From: an uncultured virus (IMG/VR IMGVR_UViG_3300014962_000005)
Taxonomy: Duplodnaviria; Heunggongvirae; Uroviricota; Caudoviricetes
DNA: 64,000 nucleotides
Virus record (IMG/VR): IMGVR_UViG_3300014962_000005
Reading direction: 5' to 3' (one strand)
A program made the translations under genes and the position numbers. The notes beneath the pieces are model-generated. The model had not been told where the DNA came from. It worked only from the letters and a program-made list of their open reading frames with translations, and ran no database searches. This document shows positions 28,656 through 38,300 of this stretch, one piece after another (the stretch's first letter is position 1; every line of letters starts with the position of its first letter).

Positions 28656-30103
28656 CCCTAAGCGTAGTTATAAATACCCACAATGAAGGCGGTAGGGTTG
28701 AGTCAACATGTAGGAAGTTTTTAGAATCCGGGGCTGACGAGATCATTGTTTTTGCAGATGCAACCACAGATGGTTCGTGTGATAATCTGCCGCCAAGAAC
28801 AAAAGTTCTCAAAAGCTCTACGCCACTAGGCTGCGGCAAGTCAAAAAACATAGCCAGCTCAGTAGCAACCGGAGATGTCTTGATGTGGGTAGATGCCCAT
28901 CAGTCGGTCGAGGCCGGAGACATTCGTGAGATGGCAAAATTTGCAGTCTCGGATGACATCGTAGTTTGCCCGCCTCTGGCAAATATCTTTTATGACGAGC
29001 AGTGGCAATCTCACCGAGTCTCAAAAGAGGATAAGCTGTTCTATCCAAGCAACTCCGCGATGTCTCCCTCCAGCGGACAGCAGTATCGTTTTGGTCCAGA
29101 GGAGCAGCAAGCCGCCGTTGGAGTCGGGTTGTGCATGTCAAGAAAAACCTATCGTCGCTTGGGGGGTTGGAATAACTACCGAGGCAGGCATGGGTCACAA
29201 GAGCGCGGTATGTCGCTCAGGGCTTTTATGTCTGGCGTGCCTGTTGTGGTAAACTCAAACGTGGTTCTAGGACACGAGTTCTATGGAGATAAACATCCCT
29301 CTAGGAATGCCAGCACAGGGCAGTATAAATTCAACAACTTCGTATCCGGCCACCACAATCTCTGGCACGCTTATCAAACAGTTTTGAGCGAGCACGGATT
29401 TAAAGAAGTGATGGCCCCTTGGCTTGAGTCACTTGAAGGGGCAGCCCAAGGGAAAGCAGCGATGCAAGATGCGGGGGCTATTCAAGACAGGGATTATTTC
29501 CTGAGGCACTGCAAGCGTAGGACAGACGACGAACTTTTTGAGTTTCTGAGCAGCTTGACACCGCTGACCTTTGCCAAAGACAAAGGTGGGGCGGCTTTGG
29601 AGCCGGCCGCTGTCCACTTCATTAGATCTCACGCCATCGGTCGCTGCTTGGAACTTGGCACAGGATCAGGAAAGGGTACTATCCCCTTGCTTGAAGGAGC
29701 GGCGAGTGTTGTCAGCATTGATCATATGGAGCAATACACCAACGCAGCGAAAACCTCCGTCAAAGACCCACGCGCTGTTTTTCACACGGCCGATATCAAG
29801 GACAACGGGTTCTACGAACTCTCCTTCCTTGATGGCAAGTTTGATCTCATTGTCATTGACGGCCCACCAGGAACCAAGGCTAGGCGCTTCAGCGTTGAAG
29901 AATGTTTGCCTCACTTGGCTTTCGGCGGGGTCATTCTAGCCGACGACGCCAAGCGCGACATCGAAGGCATCAACGAGGCTGCGTTGAAGTACGACCTGAG
30001 CGTCGCTATGCTGCCAACCTCTCGCGGGCTGGCCAAGATCACGCCGCGTAAATATCCGCCAGTTCCCGCATCCGCTTCTGGACAAAACTTTTGCCTCCAA
30101 TAG
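28652..30103 (+). CDS. GT-A glycosyltransferase (ppGalNAc-T-like) fused to a class I methyltransferase
   Basis: SVVINTHNE, ATGDVLMWVDAH, VVCPP, MSLRAFMSG, LGHEF; C-terminal LELGTGSG, DLIVIDGPPG, GGVILADD. Confidence 0.8.
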   Translation: MTLSVVINTHNEGGRVESTCRKFLESGADEIIVFADATTDGSCDNLPPRTKVLKSSTPLGCGKSKNIASSVATGDVLMWVDAHQSVEAGDIREMAKFAVSDDIVVCPPLANIFYDEQWQSHRVSKEDKLFYPSNSAMSPSSGQQYRFGPEEQQAAVGVGLCMSRKTYRRLGGWNNYRGRHGSQERGMSLRAFMSGVPVVVNSNVVLGHEFYGDKHPSRNASTGQYKFNNFVSGHHNLWHAYQTVLSEHGFKEVMAPWLESLEGAAQGKAAMQDAGAIQDRDYFLRHCKRRTDDELFEFLSSLTPLTFAKDKGGAALEPAAVHFIRSHAIGRCLELGTGSGKGTIPLLEGAASVVSIDHMEQYTNAAKTSVKDPRAVFHTADIKDNGFYELSFLDGKFDLIVIDGPPGTKARRFSVEECLPHLAFGGVILADDAKRDIEGINEAALKYDLSVAMLPTSRGLAKITPRKYPPVPASASGQNFCLQ

Positions 30104-31820
30104 CCCCACCCGGCTTCTCTGCCGATGTGAGCTTGTGCTTCTTCATGGCCATAGCAAGCATGAGCATGAAGCTGTCTGCTTCGTCAGGTGAGCGGCCCAG
30201 CTTAGCCTTCATCTCCTCCTTGGGCGTGACCTGGATCCTCTTGCCATTAAGCTTGTAGGTGCGGGCCGTCATCTCGCGGGCGAGAGACGGACCGACACCC
30301 CTGATTTGCCCAGCACGAACGAGAGGTTGCCCTGAGAACCAAAGCTCGGAGACCTTGTTGTAGTACTTCTCCTTGTCATCTGGCGCACCGCCGAACTGGA
30401 CGCGGGTGAAGGCGTTGGACCACTTGGCAGCGAGCATGTCGCACCACGGTGAACCGCCACCAGTGGCGTCCACGGCGAGGTCTTCCGGTGCCACTCCCTC
30501 CTTCTCGCAAATCTCCTTGAGCTTCATGGCGATCTGCTCGGAGCGGCTGACCGACGAGTTGGTGATGTCCTCGTAGAGCTTGTGCGTCGCCACCCTCTCG
30601 ACAGTCACGATGCCGTCAACGCTGGTGCCGACCTTGCCGATGGTCAGAACCGAGTCGTCACCGCCATGGGTGAAGCTCGGGTCGAACCCAGCTACCTTGC
30701 GGACGCTGCCCTTGAACACCGCCTTGTCGTGCGCCCCGTAGGTTTGGAGCATGACGCCTGAGTAGATGGCGTCCTCTGCCGTCTCAGGGAACCAGAAACC
30801 TTTGACCATGCAGTAGTAGCGCAGGCTGCGCTCACCGAGGTCACGGCGAAGCTCGTTCAAACGAGACTGGGTCATCAGGTAGGGCCACTTCTCGCCTTCT
30901 GCTCCGAAGTTGGGAGACTTCTCCGCATCGAAGCGGATGACGTAGGCACGCTTGCCTTTCCACTCGTAGTCCAGCTCGGAGATGGATGTCCAGCCGCCCT
31001 CCGGCTCTGAGAGGATGCCATGGGGGTCGTAGTAGCTGGTGGGGTTGCCGGTGCCGACGAACTGGAAGTAAGGGTTGGAGGAGAGGTTGGCCTCGGCGGC
31101 GGAGATGAGGGCCTCGCTCAGGTCGGGCAACTCGTCCGCAATGAAGATCATGCGCTTGGCCTTGAAGCCCTTCATCTTGCCGATGGACTCCGTCTCTTTG
31201 GACTTCTCGCCAGCGAGAAGAACCAAGCCACGAGTGTCATCCTTGTAGTCGGTGGCGTGGTCATAGAAGCGGATGATGCCCCCCGAGGAGACGAGCTGGC
31301 CCGGCCCTTGAGCGACCATGTTCTGCCACAGCTTCTCCACGTCACCCCAGATTCGGCCACGGGAATCTTTGAGGCTGGTCGAGGTGAGAATCACCTTCGT
31401 CTCCTGCGGCGCTGCCATGAAGCAAACGATGCCCCACATGGCCATGATGCGGGACTTGCCGGAGGACGCGCAGCCGGCGATGGAGAGGCGGCGGTTCTTG
31501 CAAAGGGCGTCCACCATCCGCACCGCCCACGGGTGCATATCCACCCTCTCGCGGGAGCCGGGGTAGTTCCAGAGCATGTAGGCCGCACGCCAGAAGTGGT
31601 AGGCGCGAGGCTTGCCCTTGGGGTTCTTCTCTCCTCCGATGAAGTACTCGCTGCCCCCACGGGCGAACATCCAGAGTTCCATCTGGAGGGGGTTTTTGAG
31701 CAGCTTCTTGTAGTTGTTCGGCGAGAAGCGCATCAGGTCGTCCATCAGGCCGTAGTCATCGACGGGCAGCGGGATCTGGATTTCCTGAAACTTCGGGCCT
31801 TTGGCGGGCTTTGAAGGCAT
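30039..31820 (-). CDS. terL: terminase large subunit
   Basis: Walker A GCASSGKS, Walker B IFIADE, GTGNP coupling motif, nuclease AGFDPS and RSPDEADS. Confidence 0.9.
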   Translation of the reverse strand: MPSKPAKGPKFQEIQIPLPVDDYGLMDDLMRFSPNNYKKLLKNPLQMELWMFARGGSEYFIGGEKNPKGKPRAYHFWRAAYMLWNYPGSRERVDMHPWAVRMVDALCKNRRLSIAGCASSGKSRIMAMWGIVCFMAAPQETKVILTSTSLKDSRGRIWGDVEKLWQNMVAQGPGQLVSSGGIIRFYDHATDYKDDTRGLVLLAGEKSKETESIGKMKGFKAKRMIFIADELPDLSEALISAAEANLSSNPYFQFVGTGNPTSYYDPHGILSEPEGGWTSISELDYEWKGKRAYVIRFDAEKSPNFGAEGEKWPYLMTQSRLNELRRDLGERSLRYYCMVKGFWFPETAEDAIYSGVMLQTYGAHDKAVFKGSVRKVAGFDPSFTHGGDDSVLTIGKVGTSVDGIVTVERVATHKLYEDITNSSVSRSEQIAMKLKEICEKEGVAPEDLAVDATGGGSPWCDMLAAKWSNAFTRVQFGGAPDDKEKYYNKVSELWFSGQPLVRAGQIRGVGPSLAREMTARTYKLNGKRIQVTPKEEMKAKLGRSPDEADSFMLMLAMAMKKHKLTSAEKPGGAIGGKSFVQKRMRELADIYAA

Positions 31821-31839
31821 GAGTGCTGAAATTTAACCG

Positions 31840-31867
31840 TTGCAAGCATTTCCGCAAGCGGTAGAAT
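31840..31867 (+). promoter_or_regulatory. promoter in the divergent terL/tail gap
   Basis: TTGCAA-N16-TAGAAT ending 8 nt before the ATG at 31876. Confidence 0.5.
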
Positions 31868-31875
31868 CCCCCTAG

Positions 31876-32835
31876 ATGCCTTCGAACCTCACAGTCGCAG
31901 ATGTCCGCAACGTCCTTTGGCGTCAAGTGGACCCCTCCAACAAGGACTCAACGCTGTTCCTCGCCGCGTTGAACGAGGTGTGCGAACGCATCATCAACAG
32001 CGGCAACTGGAAAGGCACCCATGGCGTCGTGGATTTTCCATCTGCCACCGAGTACATCACGCTTCCCCGACGCTGGGAAGCCATCATCGGGTGCTGCGTG
32101 GAGAAAGTGCCACGTCCGGTGTTCGGCCGGCTGCACGAGTTCTCGTCCAGTGGGCCAGGCTTCTACGAGAACCTGGAGTACGACCTCAACCTGCTCATCG
32201 ACCAAGGCGAATTTCCGACTGAGGTGGTACAGACCGAGGCGCTCCCCATCCGCCTCACCCCCGCCAACCCCGACGACCAAGGCCGCACTGTCCGCCTCTA
32301 TGGCGTGGACGCCAACGGAGCCACGATCTTCGACGATAGTGGCATCGAAGGTATCACCGTCGAACTATCCAACGTGGCAGTGACAACCAGCCAGAGCTTC
32401 CTGCTCACCGAGGTCGCCAAAGACCCGACACTAGGCACCGTCACCCTGTCCCAAGTGGACGGCGTGACAGTCACCCCCTTGTCTACCTACGAGCCGACAG
32501 AGACCCGCCCCCTCTACCGCCGCTACAAGGTCGGCACCGTCAACGCCCCCTCAACCGGCGAGCCGGCCATCCGCACGCTCTGCAAGCGGCGGTTCATCAA
32601 GCTGGAGTGCGAGACGGACTACGTGTACCCCAACGACATTGGGATGCTCAAGTTCGGCCTCATCGCATGGACGCTTGAACAGCAGGGCATCCACGAGCTT
32701 GAGCAGGCCGAAACCTTCTGGCAGAAGTGCTACCAAGTGGGCAACCAGACTCTCAAGCAGCAGCGCGGCAACATCCGCCTGCCGATGAGCTTCATCAAAT
32801 TCAACTCTGCGGGGGCATCCCCGACAACGATCTAA
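31876..32835 (+). CDS. putative head-tail adaptor / tail tubular protein
   Basis: LTVADVRNVL...LAALNEVCERI N-terminal helices and YITLP motif resemble podovirus adaptors. Confidence 0.55.
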   Translation: MPSNLTVADVRNVLWRQVDPSNKDSTLFLAALNEVCERIINSGNWKGTHGVVDFPSATEYITLPRRWEAIIGCCVEKVPRPVFGRLHEFSSSGPGFYENLEYDLNLLIDQGEFPTEVVQTEALPIRLTPANPDDQGRTVRLYGVDANGATIFDDSGIEGITVELSNVAVTTSQSFLLTEVAKDPTLGTVTLSQVDGVTVTPLSTYEPTETRPLYRRYKVGTVNAPSTGEPAIRTLCKRRFIKLECETDYVYPNDIGMLKFGLIAWTLEQQGIHELEQAETFWQKCYQVGNQTLKQQRGNIRLPMSFIKFNSAGASPTTI

Positions 32836-32839
32836 GACC

Positions 32840-33382
32840 ATGGCACAGCCTTTCAACCTCTTCGGAACCCCGATGACCGGAATGAGCCCCAACGCCTCGG
32901 CGCAGGGGGCCTTCGGTTCGGCGATGACGGGCTTGGGTGGAGCCACCCAGTCCGGCCGCTCGTGGCTGGACCCGACCCGCATGGCAGAACGTGAGGCCCG
33001 CCTCCGCGACCGGATGCTTCGCCAGCAAGCCGCAGGTGGAGGCGGCTCCGGCCGTGGCTCCGCTGCACAGCCTCTCACCCCTCTCCCCGAGGGGGCACAG
33101 TTCACCAACGCCACGACCGGCCAGATCACTACGATTCTCCCGCCGACCGCCACGGACGCCGGCACCGCCAGCGCGGCACGTCGGTATGGGCGTGGCAGGC
33201 TTTCGGCCATGGGTGTCCGCTTCGAGCCGCAGGTGGGCGTGTACGACCCCCGCACCGGCCTTTCCGAGACCCTCGCCCCACAGCAAGCCCTGCAACGTGG
33301 CCTTCTCGGCGCTGCCCAACGTGCTCTGCTTGAGGGCTTGAACCGTGGGCAGACCTTCTCTCGTACCAACCCCTTCGTCTAA
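32840..33382 (+). CDS. putative internal virion (ejection) protein
   Basis: G/A/Q-rich; position before the large virion protein. Confidence 0.5.
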   Translation: MAQPFNLFGTPMTGMSPNASAQGAFGSAMTGLGGATQSGRSWLDPTRMAEREARLRDRMLRQQAAGGGGSGRGSAAQPLTPLPEGAQFTNATTGQITTILPPTATDAGTASAARRYGRGRLSAMGVRFEPQVGVYDPRTGLSETLAPQQALQRGLLGAAQRALLEGLNRGQTFSRTNPFV

Positions 33383-33387
33383 CCACC

Positions 33388-34476
33388 ATGGCTCTCGCTG
33401 ACCTTCTACTCCGTGGCGCTGGCGCGCTTGGCCAACGCCTTGCTGCCACCCAGCAGCCCCAAGCCCCCACCACTCCGAACCCGCTCCAGACGGCCTTCAC
33501 CAACGCCCTCGTCAACCCCAACATGCCCATCGAGGTGGGGTTCCAGACGCCGAGCGCCAAGGTGAACGCCGACCTTGAGCGGCAGGCCCGCATCCAGAAC
33601 CAGCTTGCAGCGGGTCGTGCAGCCATCATCGAGCGCGCAAGGCTGCAAGGGCGTCAAGTGGACGTGGACCCCAACACTGGAGGCCCCATCATCTCCGGCC
33701 CCGTGACTCAGCAACTGGTCAACGGTCAACTTGTCGGGGTGCGCCCGTCTGGTTTGCTTGAGTCACAGGTGATGACGACCCCCACGGGCCAGCGATTCGT
33801 GTTCGACCGAGAAGGCCGCGTGGTCGGAACCAGCGCACCAGTAGCTACAGGCTTGGACGCCATTGACCGCGCAGCTTTCAACCAAGGTCAAGGTACCGCC
33901 TCCGAGCAACGCCGCCTCAGCCCTGCGATCCAGCAGGCGTTTCAGCAAGCCTTGCGCGGATCAATGGCCTCGCCTGCCGCCCCAGTGGCGGCAGCGGCAC
34001 CTGCGATGGCCGCACCGACCGTGGCTGCTGCTCCGGCTCCGACGATGGCAGCGCCAGCCGCTCCTGCGCTTCCTCTCCCGACAACCCCCGCTCGCCCGAC
34101 CCCCATGGCCTCCTCCCCGTTCCGTGATGCTACGGGGCGTGTGGACACCGCTGCGGTGGCGCGAGCGCAGGGTCGCACTCCGGTTGAGACAACCGCTCCC
34201 CCAGTCACCCCTGCTGATGTTGACGCAGCCTTGGCGGAGGCTGCGATGATGCAGGAAGCCCAAACCATCGGTCAAGCCGAGCGCCAAACCGCTCAGGCTG
34301 CTCAGGCGTTCGACAGTCAAATTGCTGACCTGACCCGCCGCCTCACCGCTGCCAGCCGCGCCGGCAACCGGGCTGAAGTCGTCCGTCTGACCAACTCCAT
34401 CCGCCGCTTGCGTTCGCAGCGTGCCGGCCAGCTTTCCTCGGCTCCGATCATCGAAGCCGGCAGCCCGATGTTCTAA
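33388..34476 (+). CDS. putative internal virion (ejection) protein
   Basis: A/P/Q-rich low complexity; ACCACC-ATG start. Confidence 0.55.
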   Translation: MALADLLLRGAGALGQRLAATQQPQAPTTPNPLQTAFTNALVNPNMPIEVGFQTPSAKVNADLERQARIQNQLAAGRAAIIERARLQGRQVDVDPNTGGPIISGPVTQQLVNGQLVGVRPSGLLESQVMTTPTGQRFVFDREGRVVGTSAPVATGLDAIDRAAFNQGQGTASEQRRLSPAIQQAFQQALRGSMASPAAPVAAAAPAMAAPTVAAAPAPTMAAPAAPALPLPTTPARPTPMASSPFRDATGRVDTAAVARAQGRTPVETTAPPVTPADVDAALAEAAMMQEAQTIGQAERQTAQAAQAFDSQIADLTRRLTAASRAGNRAEVVRLTNSIRRLRSQRAGQLSSAPIIEAGSPMF

Positions 34477-34482
34477 ACCACC

Positions 34483-35280
34483 ATGGCCGAACTCGTCACC
34501 AACCAGCAGATTTCGCAGATGCTCGCGGGCTATGACCCGTCGCAAGTTGCGCCCGCCGCGCAGGCCCCCACCTCGCCACAGGCGTTCTTCAATCTGCCGC
34601 CGCCCCCGCCTACGACGAGCTTCTTCGGCCGCTCGTCCCGCACCAGCCCGCTCGCCGAGCAGGAGCGTTACCGCAACATGGTGATGGAGCAGGAGGCCGA
34701 GCGCCAAGCCGCCGAGCTGGTGAGCCGCCTGACGGAGATTGACCCAGCCGACCCCGAGGCCCCGCGCCAGCGCCTCAACCTCCTCACCGCCCTGCCACTC
34801 TCGCAGCGGTCGGAGACGGGCAAGACCGTGCTGGGTGCATGGGACAAGGAGGCTGACCGCTTCCACAAAGACCTGTCCAGCGACAAGTCCGGCGATCTGC
34901 TCGCCTCTTTGGCCGAGGCTGGGGCGACTGACACCGAGCTTGACCTTGTCCGCGACCCGTCGGGGCGCGTCAATTCCATCAAAGCCCGCAGGATGCTCGG
35001 GGAACTGAAGCGCCTGCAAGAGGCCGGCAAGAAGGTTGAGAAGACCAAGGAGGAGATTCTCGGCACCGAGATCCGTGACTTGGAGGAGCGCATCAAGTTC
35101 AACGAGGAGCGGCTGCTTGGCGATGAGCGTGCGGCTTCACTGCTGGAGCAGCAGAAGAGCAGACTCCTCCAGTTGCAGGCCGAACGGTTCGGCATTCCCG
35201 CAACGGGCGTAGCTCCGGCCGCACCTGCGGCTACGACGCCGATGACCCCGAGGGGAAACGCTTTCCGCCCGTCGAATTGA
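34483..35280 (+). CDS. putative internal virion (ejection) protein
   Basis: coiled coil; ACCACC-ATG start. Confidence 0.55.
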   Translation: MAELVTNQQISQMLAGYDPSQVAPAAQAPTSPQAFFNLPPPPPTTSFFGRSSRTSPLAEQERYRNMVMEQEAERQAAELVSRLTEIDPADPEAPRQRLNLLTALPLSQRSETGKTVLGAWDKEADRFHKDLSSDKSGDLLASLAEAGATDTELDLVRDPSGRVNSIKARRMLGELKRLQEAGKKVEKTKEEILGTEIRDLEERIKFNEERLLGDERAASLLEQQKSRLLQLQAERFGIPATGVAPAAPAATTPMTPRGNAFRPSN

Positions 35281-35363
35281 TTTGGCACTGGCTGAGTGGC
35301 ATCTAGCGTTGACGGTGAAAAACCTCTGGAATCGGAGACCACCAACGCTATACTCACACAACC

Positions 35364-38300
35364 ATGGCTTCTTACGACCTGACGAGCGGGAAAACCGGCC
35401 GCACCTACAAAGTCGAATTCGACAACGACCCTACCCCCGAGGACGTTGATTTCGCCATCGACTACTTCGACAACCAGCCCGTCGCCGAAGAAGAACAGCC
35501 CGGCTACCTCTCCCAGCTCGGCACCGCGCTCTCCACGGGTACACAGACCGCCCTAGCCAGCGGCCGCACCGCGTTCAACGTGCTCACCGGAGACACCGAG
35601 GACACGGCGACTGCGCTGGCAGACCTCGCCGCCGCCCAGCGTGAAGCACAGGCCGCTCAGACGCCCGAGGACGTGGCGTTCCTCACCGACCTCCAGCAAC
35701 AGGCCCGCGAGCTTGAAGCCGCCGAAGGCATCCTCCCGACCCTCCGCGAAACCGTTGACCTGCCGCTCGCAGCACTGCGCCAGCCCGGCGCTGCGCTGAA
35801 GACGGCTGTGCAATCCCTTCCCAACGTGCTCGTCTCCACCCCTGTCACCATCGGTGCTGGCTTGGTTGGTGCTGCCGCTGGTGGGTTGGCGGGTCTCCCG
35901 ACCACTGGACCGGGTGCGTTGGTCACGGGCGCTCTCGGCGCTGCCGCTGGTGGCGCTCTGGCCAACACCGCACTGGAGGTCGGACCGGCTGTGTTCGACA
36001 TCCTGAACGAGCGCACCGATGGGGCTGCCGCCAACTGGACGCGAGAGCAGATTGTCGAAGCCCTCAAGGCTGACCCCACCATCGTCGAGGAGGGCCTCAA
36101 GCGCGGCGCTACCCGTGGCGCTGTCATCGGTGCCACTGAGGCCATCGGTCTCGGCGCTGGTAGCCGTCTCGCCGGAGCCAGTGGTCGAGCCGTCCAGCAG
36201 GCCACCCGTCGCGCCCTCGTCGAGCAGGGTGTGGACCTCGCCGACGACGTTGCCGTGCGTGCTGGGATGCAGTTGCCCGCCGTGCAGGCGGCACGAGAGG
36301 CCGCGCAGGCAGGGTTCACCCGGGCGGGTGAAGTTGCCCGGGTGGCGGCGGGTGCCGGCATTGAGACCGCTGCCAGCGGTGCAGGCGAGGCGCTGGCCCA
36401 GCTTGCGACTGGCGAGGACGTTGACACCGCTGACGTGTTTCTGGAAATGCTCGGCGAGAGCGTGGCCTCTGTGCCGACTGTCTTGGCCGGGCAGGTGCTT
36501 GGCCGTGACCCTGTCGTGCGTGCCACCGCTGCCAACGTCCAGCGAGCCGAGGAGGCGATGGGCGAGGCATTCCCGAACGTGGATGAGCTGGAGGCGCAGG
36601 TCGGCAGGGAGGCCGCAGACGCTGTGGCTCAGGCGGTTGTGGATGCTGGTGCGCCTGTGGGGCAACCGACCGTCGAGGGTGAGTTGCCGATTGAGGTGAC
36701 GCCACCTGCCGCCATCACCGAAGAAGTTCCCAGTGAACCGACCCCCATCACCCCCGTCGAACCTCTACCAGCAGTCGAAGCGGAAGCTCCGGCTGCGGTC
36801 GAAACGCAAACGCAACCCGAACCCCAACCCGGAGATGAAATCCAAATCGCAGAAGCAGGTGGCCTTCCTCCTGTCGAAAGTCAGCCCCTTGTCCAAGCCC
36901 CAGCAGTCGAAGCTCCAGAAGGAGCTGCACTCGGGGGCCGTGAAGGTCAAGAAGGGCAAGTGACTGCCGAGCCGGCGCAGCCTACGGAGGTTGCACCGGC
37001 TACCCCAATCAAAGCCTCTGGGCTTGAAATCGGCGACACTTTTCAGCTTGGCGGCAGGGTCTATCAGCTTAGTTCAAGACTGAGAGATGGTAGGCTTCGT
37101 GCGACTCAGCTTGACCCGACGACGTTTGAGCCTCTGCCTACGCCAGCAGGGTATGCTGCCGGAACTGGAGTAGTGATTCCGAAGAACCGGAACGTCACTC
37201 GCGTCCAGCGTCCACTTCCCGCTCCACAAGCGGAGGTAGTGTCGCCTGAAGGCGTCACGCCTACCCAACCCCTTCCCCCCACCGGGGGTGTGCCGACAGA
37301 ATCGCTACCTGCGGGACAGCCAACGTCGGGAGACGTGGGCACAGCCGGCGCGGGTAGGGATACGTTGACCCCCTCTCAAAGGAAACCAAAGAAAGGCGAG
37401 CCATTCATCAAGGAGTACCCCGATCTCGAATTGGAGTTTAGGAAGTACAACTACCCAAACGGCAAACCCGCTGGATGGGAACTGCTTGAAAAGCGCACAG
37501 GTCTTGTACTCCGCCGCGCTAAAACCAAGGACGAGGCGCTGAAAAATTTTCGGAGGGGGCTTCTGTGGACACAGGCGTGGTCAAACACACAGCCGTCGAT
37601 CTTCTCCTTGGTGAATGAAAACATCGACTCAAAAGGTATCTCGGCGCAAAAGTACACCAAGGATTACAAGGTGAAGCCGTCAAGAGAAGAGTGGCGGGAT
37701 ATACTAGAGGCGAGACTAGCGGAGGAGAAAGCCGACCTGGAGGAATACGTGCGGCAACAGCGTAGGGTCGGAGGTTATCCAAACACGGAGTTCCGAGAAG
37801 GTACGATCGCTCAGATTGAGGAGCGCCTAGCTAACATCGACTCCTACCAAGAAACCGACGAACCAACGTCGGGAGACGTGGGCACCGCCCTCCGCGCCGT
37901 CGCCACCAACACGGCCACGCCGGAGCAGGTGGGCAGCCTCGAAGCGCAAGGACTCGCCCGCACTGTCCAAGGCCAGCCCGTCATCACTGACGCTGGGCTG
38001 GCGCTCATGCCCGAGGCCGAGAGGCCGCGTCTGACTGAGGCGGAGCGGGTGGCGGAGATTGAATCTCAAGCTGCCCAACCACCGGCCCCCACCAACACCC
38101 CTTCCGCCAACGTCCAGCCCTCCATCCGCCCGCTCCAGGGCGACCAGCAGCGCAACGAAACTCTGGCACGTCGCAAGCGCCCACGCCCGAGCAGCCCCAC
38201 CGTGCTGCGCGCACGCGATGGCCAGCCGCTCCCCAACATCACCGTGACCGCTGACAACGCGGCCAAGGCGCGTGACAAAGAGAGTCGGCAGGTGCCGGGG

